NCBI GenBank assembly: GCA_043827405.1
Contig: JBDRPD010000039.1
Location: 64,001-128,000 of the forward strand
Direction: 5' to 3'
DNA length: 64,000 nt
Origin: Elusimicrobiota bacterium
GTDB lineage: Bacteria > Elusimicrobiota > Elusimicrobia > UBA1565
Shown here: positions 48,859 through 58,482 of the stretch, one piece after another
How the letters are laid out: each line of letters starts with the position of its first letter
Position numbering within the stretch: the first letter of the stretch is position 1
Made by a program: the position numbers and the translations under genes
Notes under the pieces: model-generated
Database searches by the model: none
The model's input: only the letters and a program-made list of their open reading frames with translations
What the model was told of the DNA's origin: nothing

Positions 48859-49884
48859 ATGAAAAGGATTCTGGTCGGCAAGCCGGGCGGACATGACGTG
48901 CTGGCGCTCGTTGAAGAGCCGGATCCGCGGCCCGGAGAAGGGCAGGCGCTCGTCAAAGTGCGCGCCGCGGGCGTCAACTACGCGGACTGCATGGTGCGGA
49001 TGGGCTACTATGCGGCGGCCAAAGGTCTCTATCCCATCACCCCGGGCTTCGAGTTCGCCGGCACGGTCGAGAGTACGGGCGAGGGCGTAGCGGACTTCGC
49101 GCCGGGAGACCGGGTGTTCGGGATCACCCGTTTTGGCGGCTACGCGGACCGCATCGTCGCGGATGCGCGGCTGCTGTGGCGCTGCCCGGAGGAATGGGAT
49201 TTCGCCGACTGTGCGGGCTTCCCCGCCGTTTTTCTGACGGCCTATTACGGGCTGTTCCGGGCGGCGCGGGTCGAGAAGGGGGAGAAGCTGCTGATCCATT
49301 CGGCGGCCGGCGGCGCGGGGGCCGCCTTCGTGCAGCTGGCCAATATTAAGGGCTGCCCTACCGTAGGCGTGGTCGGCGCCGCGCATAAAGCGGTTTACGC
49401 TCGCGATCTCGGCTGCGGCACCGTCATCACGCGCGCCGAAGAGAACCTCTGGAAGGCGGCCCGGCGCGCGGCGCCGGACGGTTTTGCCGCGATTTTCGAC
49501 GCCAACGGCGTCTCCACGCTGCGCCGGGGTTATGAGCATCTCGCTCCGGGCGGCCGCCTGGTCGCTTACGGCTTCGCCGAGATTATGCCGCGCGGCAAGG
49601 ACGTCCCGGGACGGCTCGCTTTGGCCTGGAATTACCTGCGCGTGCCGAGCTTCTCACCGTTGGACATGACGATGAAGAACCGGGCGGTAGTAGGCTTTAA
49701 TGTCGTCTACCTGTTCGCCGACGGCGCGCTGGTGCGCCGAGCGATGGCCGAACTTCTGGGCTGGGTCGCGGCGGGGAAAATCCGCAAGGCGCCGGTTACC
49801 TGCTTCCCTTTGCAGCGGGCGGCCGAGGCGCATGCGGCGCTGGAATCGGGAACGACGCAGGGCAAGCTGGTCCTTACGGCATAG
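48859..49884 (+). CDS. MDR-family NAD(P)H:quinone oxidoreductase (VAT-1-like)
   Basis: AAGVNYAD, PGFEFAG, TAYYGL, IHSAAGGAG, GKLVL. Confidence 0.9.
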   Translation: MKRILVGKPGGHDVLALVEEPDPRPGEGQALVKVRAAGVNYADCMVRMGYYAAAKGLYPITPGFEFAGTVESTGEGVADFAPGDRVFGITRFGGYADRIVADARLLWRCPEEWDFADCAGFPAVFLTAYYGLFRAARVEKGEKLLIHSAAGGAGAAFVQLANIKGCPTVGVVGAAHKAVYARDLGCGTVITRAEENLWKAARRAAPDGFAAIFDANGVSTLRRGYEHLAPGGRLVAYGFAEIMPRGKDVPGRLALAWNYLRVPSFSPLDMTMKNRAVVGFNVVYLFADGALVRRAMAELLGWVAAGKIRKAPVTCFPLQRAAEAHAALESGTTQGKLVLTA

Positions 49885-52030
49885 ACGGCGAGAAGACTCC
49901 CTCGGGAATTCCCCCGGCGACCAGCCACTTGCGGAAGATGCGGACATACTCGGCGTCGGTGCCCGCGCGCTTCATGTTCTTGCGGTAGCCGCCGATCGTC
50001 CAGCGTCCGTCGGACTCCAGCACCACGTAAAAGACCTGATCCGCGGAGCGGTTGTCCGGATCCCTGCCGGTCTTCGCGTCGCGCACGGCGTTGCCGTTGA
50101 AGTTTACGTAGGCGAAGGCTCCCGCACGCGATATTTCCTCAATGGACTTGCCCGAAGGGGTTAGGATGTCCTGCCCCATCTCCCGCAGGAAATCGCCCTG
50201 CGCGTTGTGCGGAAAGCCGGCGGTGAGCCGCTCGACGCGGTCGCGCTGCAGGATTTGGACCAGGATGCGCCGTGCGAGCTTCTCGTCGCGGTTGCTGCGC
50301 AGCAGGCGGTCGATCTCGGGATCCTTCGCGATGAGCTCCTGCACTCGCTGCGTTGTTACGGCCGCCTGCTGTCCGAGCTCCACGATCAAATCGGCGATAT
50401 GCTGGTAGCTGGCTTCAACCTTCGCGCGCTCGCCGGATTTGGCCGTGGCTTCCTGCGGAAAGAAACGCGTCAGCAGCGCGCGTCCGAGTTCGGAATTCGG
50501 CTTGATGCCGCTTTCGTCACTGAGCCATAGGGTGAATAAGCCGCGGTGTTGTTTGGCGGAAGGCTTCATTCCGCCCATCAGGCTGCGTTCATAGGCCAGG
50601 AATCGTCCGGCCGCCTTTTTGAACGGATCGACGGCATCGGCGATGGACCGGCTCAGATTATCCTTGACCGGCGCCGGGGGCGCCCGGGCAAGGGACGGCG
50701 CTTGCAGGCCGGCGGCGCGGCGGAAATGGGCGTAAACATCCTGGAAGTTCGCCCGCAGATTAGGCGGCAGCAGGTTGAAGAACGGGTTCTCCAGCAGAGG
50801 CTTCAGGAAGCCGGACGTCCCCTTGCGGACCATGTCGTCGGTGGGCGTAGCGGCTCGGGCCATGGTCCGGAACTCATGCGCCAGACCCTTTACCGCGCTG
50901 TCGGCAAAAGCCGCCGAATCCAAGTACATTGCCGTCTGATCCGCGTAGGCCAAGAGCCGTCCCAATGTGGTCCACTTCGCGGCCAGCGCTTCCCCGAAAT
51001 AAGTTTTGGCCATTTGTTCCGCGTCCTGTTGGATCTGCGCCATGGCCGCTTGGTCGGGATTGAAATCGGTAAACTTGATTAAGGCCTTAAGCTGGCCTCG
51101 TCCCCGGTCTCCCAGCCCCAGGTCCTTAAAGAGGGCGCGGGCGGCGGGATCGGTGTCGAGGTATTCGAGCGTCGCGGACACGCGGGCGGGGGTGCCGGGT
51201 GTTCGACGGGGATCCACGTCGTGCAGCGCCGCGGCTACGAGCAGTAGGGCCTTTTCCGCCCGGCTCAGCTTGCTCCCAGCCGGTCCGGCGAGGACGCCCG
51301 CCATGGTGTCCGCCACGCGTTTGGAGTGGAGCAGGCCGTGGTAGACCTTTTTTTGGTCGCCGGGATGCTGCGTCTTGAGAATGTCTGCAAGCTTCTGGAT
51401 TTGCGCGTTGGGGACGCCGTTGTACGCCAAGGAGCGGATGAAATTATAACCGCTTGGACCCTGAAAGCCGTTTCTGCCCGCGCCGCCGGGCGCAACGGCG
51501 TCATCCTTGCCGCTGGCAGGAAGATTGCCGGAGCCGTCGAACAGCTTGGCGCTGATGCCCGCGCTTTGCTCGGCGCCGATTCCGCCCGCGCTTTCTCCGT
51601 CGGTCTTTCCCTGCAGCTTACCGCTGCCGTCCTGGAAGCCGCTGAGGGCCTTCTGGAATCCTTCACTGCCCAGCTTGGGCGCCGAGTTCGCGGGGCTTAT
51701 TTCCTCGCCGCCGGCGGGCAGAGCTTTTCCCGGCGCGGCCTGCACGCGGATATCGCTCCCGCCGTTGACGGCCTTCTGTCCGGGCGGCAACGCCCGGAGG
51801 TTCGGGGTCTCAACCGACGGCAAGGTCTGGCCGTCAATGGTTGGGACCGTCAAGCCGCCGGGGCCGGTCAGTGATGTAAGCGGCGCGGTCAAGGACGCGC
51901 CCGCGGCTCCGACCCCGCCCATATTCGCCTGCGCAACAGGGACCTCAAGAACGATGCCTTGGGCGGCGGCAAGAAACGGCGCGGCGATGGGGAGAAGCAA
52001 GGCCAGGAGAGGAGGTAGTTTGTGTTTCAT
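49874..52030 (-). CDS. Exported protein: signal peptide + low-complexity leader + HD/PDEase-like domain + unknown C-terminal domain
   Basis: Signal peptide; YHGLLHS...AAALHDVD...LLAYAD. Confidence 0.7.
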   Translation of the reverse strand: MKHKLPPLLALLLPIAAPFLAAAQGIVLEVPVAQANMGGVGAAGASLTAPLTSLTGPGGLTVPTIDGQTLPSVETPNLRALPPGQKAVNGGSDIRVQAAPGKALPAGGEEISPANSAPKLGSEGFQKALSGFQDGSGKLQGKTDGESAGGIGAEQSAGISAKLFDGSGNLPASGKDDAVAPGGAGRNGFQGPSGYNFIRSLAYNGVPNAQIQKLADILKTQHPGDQKKVYHGLLHSKRVADTMAGVLAGPAGSKLSRAEKALLLVAAALHDVDPRRTPGTPARVSATLEYLDTDPAARALFKDLGLGDRGRGQLKALIKFTDFNPDQAAMAQIQQDAEQMAKTYFGEALAAKWTTLGRLLAYADQTAMYLDSAAFADSAVKGLAHEFRTMARAATPTDDMVRKGTSGFLKPLLENPFFNLLPPNLRANFQDVYAHFRRAAGLQAPSLARAPPAPVKDNLSRSIADAVDPFKKAAGRFLAYERSLMGGMKPSAKQHRGLFTLWLSDESGIKPNSELGRALLTRFFPQEATAKSGERAKVEASYQHIADLIVELGQQAAVTTQRVQELIAKDPEIDRLLRSNRDEKLARRILVQILQRDRVERLTAGFPHNAQGDFLREMGQDILTPSGKSIEEISRAGAFAYVNFNGNAVRDAKTGRDPDNRSADQVFYVVLESDGRWTIGGYRKNMKRAGTDAEYVRIFRKWLVAGGIPEGVFSPSMP

Positions 52031-52042
52031 GACAAATCCTAT

Positions 52043-52070
52043 GCGGTGCGTCTATCACTAGACGCACCGC
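52043..52070. repeat. Perfect 12-bp inverted repeat (hairpin) 5' of the HD protein gene
   Basis: GCGGTGCGTCTA-tcac-TAGACGCACCGC. Confidence 0.9.
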
Positions 52071-52197
52071 GCCACCTCCGGGTAGTCCAAGTGTAGCTCC
52101 GGTTCCTATTTTCCGCAAGGGGCAGGAAAAAAGAGGCGGATTCGTGCCCGGGCAGGCGATATAAGGAGCCTCTAATTTGTATGATATATGCTGAGTA

Positions 52198-52226
52198 TTG
52201 ACACCTATACTCGCTTCTGCTACAAC
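52198..52226 (+). promoter_or_regulatory. Sigma70 promoter for M23-bactofilin operon
   Basis: TTGACA-17 nt-TACAAC with TGn extension. Confidence 0.6.
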
Positions 52227-52265
52227 AGAAGCTGAACGCATTTCTCCTGCCGAACCAGGGACCGA

Positions 52266-53234
52266 TTGAAACGTTTTAAACGGATTGTGCGCATGCTGAG
52301 CCGGCACGTTACCGTGCTGGTGATACCGCATTCCAATCTGCCGATGCTGCGGGGCCGTTTTTCCATGACCTTTATGCTGTTTCTGATCGGCTTGTGGACG
52401 GGGATTACGATTTGGGCGGGTTTTCTGGCCGGACGGCATGTCGACTACTGGATCACCAAGGCCGATAATATGGTGATCAAGACAAAGATGACGTATATGG
52501 CCGACGAGATCACCAAGTCCGGCGAGATGCTCGAAATGGCCCAGGCTACCGACAAACAAATGCGCATTCTGCTGGGCATGGGCAGCCGCGACAAGATTCT
52601 GCAAAATGGGGAGGAGGGGCTCGGCGGGCCGACAGCTCTCGACCGCATGCGCATCAACCAGGCTTTCGGCGCCGCCGATGCGGCCGATGTCCCTCAGCGC
52701 GGCATCCGGCAGTTCATGGTCGAGATTCGCAGCGAATCAGAGCGCCGGCTGGCGAGCTTTCAGGAGATCGCCTGGTACATCGCCAACCAGAGAAGCATCG
52801 TCCGTGCGACGCCCAGCATTTGGCCGACCCGGGGGCGGATCACGTCGTCCTATGGCTACCGCTTCTCCCCGGTGCGGCGGATCGGGGCGCACGGCAACCG
52901 GTTTTTCCATGAAGGTATCGATATCGCCAATAGGCCGGATACGCCTATCGTCGCGGCGGCCGACGGCGTCGTCCGCCGCGCGGGCTGGTCGAGCGGATTC
53001 GGCGTGCTGGTGATTATCGACCACGGTTTGAGTTTTACCACGGCGTACGCCCATACCTCGAAGGCCGCCGTAAAGGCGGGCGACCGGGTCCAGCGCGGAC
53101 AGCTGATCGCGTATATGGGCACCACGGGGCGGTCCACCGGGAACCACCTGCATTACGAGGTCTGGCGTCACGGCAAGCCGGTCAACCCAATCAGGTATAT
53201 GCGGGCGGATGCCGACGTCACCGCTTCCCGCTGA
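52266..53234 (+). CDS. M23 family peptidoglycan endopeptidase, membrane-anchored
   Basis: TM + coiled coil + TPSIWP, HEGIDIA, YAH and STGNHLHYEV motifs. Confidence 0.93.
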   Translation: MKRFKRIVRMLSRHVTVLVIPHSNLPMLRGRFSMTFMLFLIGLWTGITIWAGFLAGRHVDYWITKADNMVIKTKMTYMADEITKSGEMLEMAQATDKQMRILLGMGSRDKILQNGEEGLGGPTALDRMRINQAFGAADAADVPQRGIRQFMVEIRSESERRLASFQEIAWYIANQRSIVRATPSIWPTRGRITSSYGYRFSPVRRIGAHGNRFFHEGIDIANRPDTPIVAAADGVVRRAGWSSGFGVLVIIDHGLSFTTAYAHTSKAAVKAGDRVQRGQLIAYMGTTGRSTGNHLHYEVWRHGKPVNPIRYMRADADVTASR

Positions 53235-53241
53235 GCGCGAT

Positions 53242-53694
53242 ATGGCAATGTTTAATAAAAACAAGGAAGGGAAATACGACGGCGGGAGCGTGATGCTGAC
53301 GGTCATCGGGCCGGAGGCGTACTTTCACGGCGTCATTACCGTGCGCGGCTCGCTGCGCATCGAAGGAGAGGTGGAGGGCAACGTCCACGAAGCCAATGAG
53401 GTTACGGTGGCCTCCAACGGCCGTATCAAGGGCGATGTCTGCGCCGAGTTTGTGACCGTCAGCGGGACCATCGAGGGTTCCATTGTCGCCGCCAAGCAGC
53501 TCGATATCAAAGACAACGGCAAGGTGGTGGGCAATATCCGCACCGCCAAACTGCTGATCGAAGAGGGCGCCATATTCGACGGCAGCTGCACCATGGGCGA
53601 CGTCGAGGCGAAGCCGGATCCGGCCGTTGAGAAGGCCGCGCCGGAGGAGCCGGCGACGGCCGCGAGCGATGAGCAAGGGAGCCTCCCCTCATGA
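53242..53694 (+). CDS. Bactofilin (polymer-forming cytoskeletal protein)
   Basis: Beta-helix repeats (LRIEGEVEGNV, VSGTIEGSI, LLIEEGAIFDGSC); follows an M23 gene. Confidence 0.92.
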   Translation: MAMFNKNKEGKYDGGSVMLTVIGPEAYFHGVITVRGSLRIEGEVEGNVHEANEVTVASNGRIKGDVCAEFVTVSGTIEGSIVAAKQLDIKDNGKVVGNIRTAKLLIEEGAIFDGSCTMGDVEAKPDPAVEKAAPEEPATAASDEQGSLPS

Positions 53695-54395
53695 TTTCTT
53701 TCCTGCGCCGGAACCGCAAGCCCCTGATCGTTTCGTTCGTGATGGTCTTCCTTGTCGGTATCTTTGTCGGCTTGGGCGGCTACTTCTTTACCGGGGCCGA
53801 TACCACCGAGTCGGTCGCGGTCGTCGATGGTCAAAAGATTCCCTACCGCCGTTACCGGGCCCGCGTCAATCAGTACCTCGATGCCATGCGGGCGCAGGAG
53901 GCGGAGCTCACGACCGATGCGACCAATAAGATCAAGTCGGAGATGCTGCGGGATATGATCGTCAATGAGCTGCTCGCCCTCAAGGCGGGTGAGATGGGCA
54001 TCCGCGTCAGTGACGCCGAGCTCGCGTTGTCGATTCAGCAGACCCCCGGTTTTCAACGCGAGGGGCGCTTCGACCAGAATCTGTATTTCCAGGCGGTCCG
54101 CTTTCAGTACCAGTCGACGCCGGAGCAGTTCGAGAAGTTCCAGCGCCGCGACATGCTGAGCGCGAAGCTCAAGGCGCTGATGTTTCGCAACGCGAAAGTG
54201 GTCCCTTCCGAGCTGCGGGAGGAGTACCTCCGCCTGAAGGCCGGATCCATCATGGAGTTCGACGCGCAGCGTCAGGCCTTTTCGGCCAAGCTGCAGCAGA
54301 ACCGGGCTCTTGATACGATCAACTACTATCTGCAGCGCCGTGCGCAGACCGCGGATATCCGCAACTTCCTGCAGCAGCGCGAACGCGGCATGTAG
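53691..54395 (+). CDS. SurA/PpiD N-terminal-domain chaperone
   Basis: TM anchor, VAVVDGQKI, GIRVSDAEL, FQREGRFD..Y; no rotamase domain. Confidence 0.85.
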   Translation: MISFLRRNRKPLIVSFVMVFLVGIFVGLGGYFFTGADTTESVAVVDGQKIPYRRYRARVNQYLDAMRAQEAELTTDATNKIKSEMLRDMIVNELLALKAGEMGIRVSDAELALSIQQTPGFQREGRFDQNLYFQAVRFQYQSTPEQFEKFQRRDMLSAKLKALMFRNAKVVPSELREEYLRLKAGSIMEFDAQRQAFSAKLQQNRALDTINYYLQRRAQTADIRNFLQQRERGM

Positions 54396-54400
54396 CCGAT

Positions 54401-55165
54401 TTGATCGAACTGATTTCCCTATCTAAGCGCTTCGGCGATCTGGCCGCGGTCTCGGACCTGACGCTCCGCGTCCCCGCCGGCGAGATTTTCGGCTTCCTGG
54501 GTCCCAACGGCGCCGGCAAGACCACCACCGTCAAGATGCTGACCGGTCTGCTGCAGCCGACCGCGGGTACCGCGCGCATCGCCGGCTTCGACATCACCAC
54601 CCAAACGATGGCGGCCAAACGCTGTCTCGGGCTTGTGCCCGATGAACCCTTTGTCTATCCGAAGCTGACGGGGGCGGAGTTCCTGCGCCTGATCGGCGAC
54701 CTCTACGGCGTGCCGCATGGACGGCAGCGGGCGCGGATTCCTGAGCTGCTGGAGATGTTCGAGCTGCAGGACTGGGGGGGCGAGCTCGTTGAGACCTACT
54801 CGCACGGCATGCGCCAGAAGCTGGTGATCGCCGGCATCCTGCTGCATGAGCCGAAAGCGCTGCTGCTCGACGAGCCGCTTGTCGGGCTGGATCCCAAAAG
54901 CGCGCGGATGGTCAAGGAGATATTCAAAAAGCTGGCGGCGCGCGGCTGCGCGATTTTCATGTGCACGCATGTGCTGGAGATCGCCGAGCGCCTCTGCGAC
55001 CGCATCGGCATCATGATCGGCGGGCGTCTCATCAGCGTCGGTACGATCGGCGAGCTGCGCGCCAGAGCGGACATGCGCGGGGGGGAGGAGGATGTCCCGC
55101 TGGAGGACGTGTTCCTGAAGATGACCGGCGGGCAGGCGTATGCGGATCTTCTTAAGCACCTGTAG
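54401..55165 (+). CDS. ABC transporter ATP-binding protein
   Basis: GPNGAGKT, YSHGMRQK, LLDEP. Confidence 0.93.
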   Translation: MIELISLSKRFGDLAAVSDLTLRVPAGEIFGFLGPNGAGKTTTVKMLTGLLQPTAGTARIAGFDITTQTMAAKRCLGLVPDEPFVYPKLTGAEFLRLIGDLYGVPHGRQRARIPELLEMFELQDWGGELVETYSHGMRQKLVIAGILLHEPKALLLDEPLVGLDPKSARMVKEIFKKLAARGCAIFMCTHVLEIAERLCDRIGIMIGGRLISVGTIGELRARADMRGGEEDVPLEDVFLKMTGGQAYADLLKHL

Positions 55166-56837
55166 GCTGCTGGCGGAGCGCAAGCTCCGGTCGCTGGTGA
55201 ATTCCGTGCGGGCCATGACGCTGTGGGAGTGGACGCGCAATTCGGCTTTTATCCTGGTCGGCTTGTGGATGCTGACCGGCCTGCACTACGGCTTCTGGCG
55301 GCTGTTGAGCTACTTGAGCGGCATCCAGCTGATCGGCGGCATTCTCATCTGGAAGCTGACGGCCATGGCGATGCTGACGACATTCGCCATGGTGGTGCTT
55401 TCCAGCCTCATCATCTCGCTGACCACCTTGTTTTACTCGGCGGACCTCCGGTTTCTGATGCGTACCCCCGTGCCGCTGCGCGCGGTGTTCGCGGATAAAT
55501 CCATCGAAACCGCTTTCTTTTCTTCCTGGATGATCGGCCTGGCGGTGTTCCCTTTTATCATCGCTTTGGGCCAGGTCCAGGGCTACGGTGTCGGGTTCTT
55601 CGCGGTTTTCGGGGCGCTGCTCATCCCCTTTCTGCTGCTGGCGACGGCGCTCGGCATGATGTTTACGCTGGGACTAATGTACCTGTTTCCGTCGTCGCGG
55701 ACGCGCGACGTGGTCTGGGTGCTCTCCAGCCTGTCGGTAGGTTTGGTTTATGTGCTGCTGCGGTTCTCGCAGCCGGAAAAGCTGATCCGTCCGGACGCGC
55801 TACAGTTCGTGGCGGAGTACCTCAACTACTTGCAGGCGCCGACCGCCCGCTACGCGCCGTCCTGGTGGCTGACGCAGGCGCTGGCAGGCTACGCGCACGG
55901 AAATATGCGCACCTTCGTCATCTACGCGGCGATGCTGGTGCTGTCCGCCGCCGTGGTTTACGGCTTCCTCCTCTTCTGGTCGGGACGCGTCTATGCGGCG
56001 GGCTATTCCGGCGCCCAAGAGGGCCGCCGCGGCCGCCGGGATGTCGATGTACCGCCGACGGTGGAGTCGCGGTTCGCCTCCCTGCTGCGTGTCCGGGGCC
56101 CGCTTGCGGTGCTGTTCTGGAAGGACCGGTTGACGTTTTTTCGCGATGTAAAGTACTGGTCCCAGATCGTACTCGTCGGCGCGCTCATGTGCGTCTACCT
56201 GTTCAGCATCAACCGGCTCCCGCTCGACACGCCCGAGCTGAAGAGCCTGATCTGCTTCCTGAATATCGGCGCCTCGGGCTTCGTTCTTTCATCGCTGGGA
56301 CTCCGCTTTACCTTTCCGTCGATCAGCATGGAGGGCCGGAGCTTCTGGGTGGTGCGCAGCGCGCCGCTGACAGTTCAGGAAATGATGACGGCGAAGTTCT
56401 TCTTTTCGCTGATCCCGATGCTGGTCGTCGGGACCGGACTGATCGCGGTCTCCAACATCCTTTTAGGCGCCGACCGCTTCGTCTCCTGGCTGTCCTTGGT
56501 CACGATATGGACGGCCGTCTGGACGCTGTGTGCGATGGGCGTCGGCCTGGGTGCGGTTTTCCCGCGCTTTAACGTCGAGAATATCCATCAGGTCGAGTCT
56601 TCGGCCGGCGGCTTCCTTTATATGGCCTGTTCGCTGACCTATATCGGCGCCGTGCTCGCAATCGAGGCCTATCCGGTGCAGATGCATTTCCATGCGCGCA
56701 TGGGGCGCGCGGACCCGTGGCGGTGGGAGTACGTGGCATTGAGCGTTGGGCTTTTTGTCGCCGTCAACTGTGCCGGCTTCATCATCCCCTGGTGGCTGGG
56801 ACGGCGCTCATTGGAGCGGCACGAAGGAGAGACGTGA
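55140..56837 (+). CDS. ABC-2-type exporter permease
   Basis: More than 12 TM helices in two repeats; overlaps the ATPase gene. Confidence 0.85.
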   Translation: MRIFLSTCRLLAERKLRSLVNSVRAMTLWEWTRNSAFILVGLWMLTGLHYGFWRLLSYLSGIQLIGGILIWKLTAMAMLTTFAMVVLSSLIISLTTLFYSADLRFLMRTPVPLRAVFADKSIETAFFSSWMIGLAVFPFIIALGQVQGYGVGFFAVFGALLIPFLLLATALGMMFTLGLMYLFPSSRTRDVVWVLSSLSVGLVYVLLRFSQPEKLIRPDALQFVAEYLNYLQAPTARYAPSWWLTQALAGYAHGNMRTFVIYAAMLVLSAAVVYGFLLFWSGRVYAAGYSGAQEGRRGRRDVDVPPTVESRFASLLRVRGPLAVLFWKDRLTFFRDVKYWSQIVLVGALMCVYLFSINRLPLDTPELKSLICFLNIGASGFVLSSLGLRFTFPSISMEGRSFWVVRSAPLTVQEMMTAKFFFSLIPMLVVGTGLIAVSNILLGADRFVSWLSLVTIWTAVWTLCAMGVGLGAVFPRFNVENIHQVESSAGGFLYMACSLTYIGAVLAIEAYPVQMHFHARMGRADPWRWEYVALSVGLFVAVNCAGFIIPWWLGRRSLERHEGET

Positions 56838-56849
56838 TGACGCGGCGAG

Positions 56850-58475
56850 TCAGGACTTTCGGCGGCGCACGATCCTGCTCAGACTGACCGCTCTCTTCTC
56901 CCCTTCCATGGTGAACTCGGTGTGGGGGATTCTGGCCACCTCGATGCTGCGTACGGGAGCGAGCTCGAAGCGCTCTTCCATCCTCGCGCATAGCGGATGG
57001 ACGTAATCCGCGGAGCCGCCGTGCGGCGGCTCGGGTGTGAGGCGCGGGATTGAGTAGCAGGAGACTCCCCGGTAGAAGAACGCGTCGCCGGCCTCCCCGT
57101 CCGGCGGAAGATCGAGGAAGGCCTTGATGCCCATAGGTGTTATGGTTTTCCCGTGCTTGCCGGCCTCATGGACGATCAGGCGCATCTGATATTCCAGGTT
57201 CTGGCGGATGCCGGGCTGATCCGTGGGGGATAAATGGACGAAGAGCGAGGAATCAGGGAGGAGCCGGGCGGCCTGGACGAGAAAGAGATATTCCTGCTGT
57301 TTCGTGTACAGGGTGCGGAGGAACTTCCGATGCAGCGCCGGCAGCGCGCAAACGAGGGCGAGCGCCGCGATCGAGGCGATCTTGCGCTCTCTTTGCCGCA
57401 GTCTTTGCAGGAGAGAGTGGAGGCCGAAAGCCGCCGTGCCGATGAACACGAACTGGGTCGTCATGGCGGTCCTCACCCGCAAGGCAAGACAGCTCAGGTG
57501 GGCGAGATAAAAGACGGATAGGAGCAGCCAGTGCATGTTCACGCACCAGAATAGACGACGGTTCTCCTTGCATAAATACGCGAGCCCGACGAGAAAGAGC
57601 GCGATATATACCGCCGGGGTATATCCCGGATCGAAGAAGATGTTGAGGTGCGGGAGCCGGTCCAGCCATGTAAGGAGCAGCTCCTGCGGCGGCATCCCTC
57701 CGGTTACCCGCGAGTCCCCGCGGCCGAGAAGCTCGAGGGCTCGCGGGATGCCCAGCACCATGACCGCGGCGGCGCCCGCCCACAGCCCCCGCTTGCCGTA
57801 GAGGCCGGGCGGCAGGCGGTGCCGCATTCCCAGCAGGTATACGAGGAGGACCAGCGGGAAGAGCGGCGCCAACTCGGCGCGGATGTGCATGACGGTCACC
57901 AAGGACAGCAGGCCGAGAAAGAATACCGGGAGCCGGCGGGTCCTGGCGGCGATAAGAAAGAGCGTGAGGGTGAGCAGTGAGAAGAACTCCGCCAGCACGA
58001 AGACGCTCTCCGTCGTGGAAAGGCGCATGTGGACGGGAAGAAAGAGCAGCATGGCGAAGGCGAACTGAGCCGGCAAGCTGCCGCCGGTGAGCAGGAATAC
58101 GAGCAGAAAAAGCAGGAGCGCCGAGACGCAGGAGACCGCGTAATTCAGGGAAAATACGGACAGCTTTCCGCCGGAGACCGCATGCAGCGCCGTCATGGCG
58201 CCGCGGTAGGAGGGCCCGTGGAGGTCTTCGAGCATATTGGAGCCCTCCACTATGGTGAGCAGGCCCACCGCGTGCTGTTCGTGCCAGATATTGTGCGGCA
58301 GCAGCGGCTTGACAAAGAACACGTGTCCGGCCAGCAGGAGCGCCAACACAACGGCATCCGACTTCTTGAGCGATGAGAAGGGTCTCGCCAATATCTTGAG
58401 CGAGGCCAGGGTCCCGACGCCCAGCAGCGCTAGAGAAGTGAAGCAGACCGCGACGACAACGGCGTGTAAAGCCAT
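56850..58475 (-). CDS. Polytopic membrane protein, possible GT-C-fold glycosyltransferase
   Basis: About 11 TM helices, TTES and HIRAE loop motifs, C-terminal soluble domain. Confidence 0.55.
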   Translation of the reverse strand: MALHAVVVAVCFTSLALLGVGTLASLKILARPFSSLKKSDAVVLALLLAGHVFFVKPLLPHNIWHEQHAVGLLTIVEGSNMLEDLHGPSYRGAMTALHAVSGGKLSVFSLNYAVSCVSALLLFLLVFLLTGGSLPAQFAFAMLLFLPVHMRLSTTESVFVLAEFFSLLTLTLFLIAARTRRLPVFFLGLLSLVTVMHIRAELAPLFPLVLLVYLLGMRHRLPPGLYGKRGLWAGAAAVMVLGIPRALELLGRGDSRVTGGMPPQELLLTWLDRLPHLNIFFDPGYTPAVYIALFLVGLAYLCKENRRLFWCVNMHWLLLSVFYLAHLSCLALRVRTAMTTQFVFIGTAAFGLHSLLQRLRQRERKIASIAALALVCALPALHRKFLRTLYTKQQEYLFLVQAARLLPDSSLFVHLSPTDQPGIRQNLEYQMRLIVHEAGKHGKTITPMGIKAFLDLPPDGEAGDAFFYRGVSCYSIPRLTPEPPHGGSADYVHPLCARMEERFELAPVRSIEVARIPHTEFTMEGEKRAVSLSRIVRRRKS

Positions 58476-58482
58476 TATGCCA

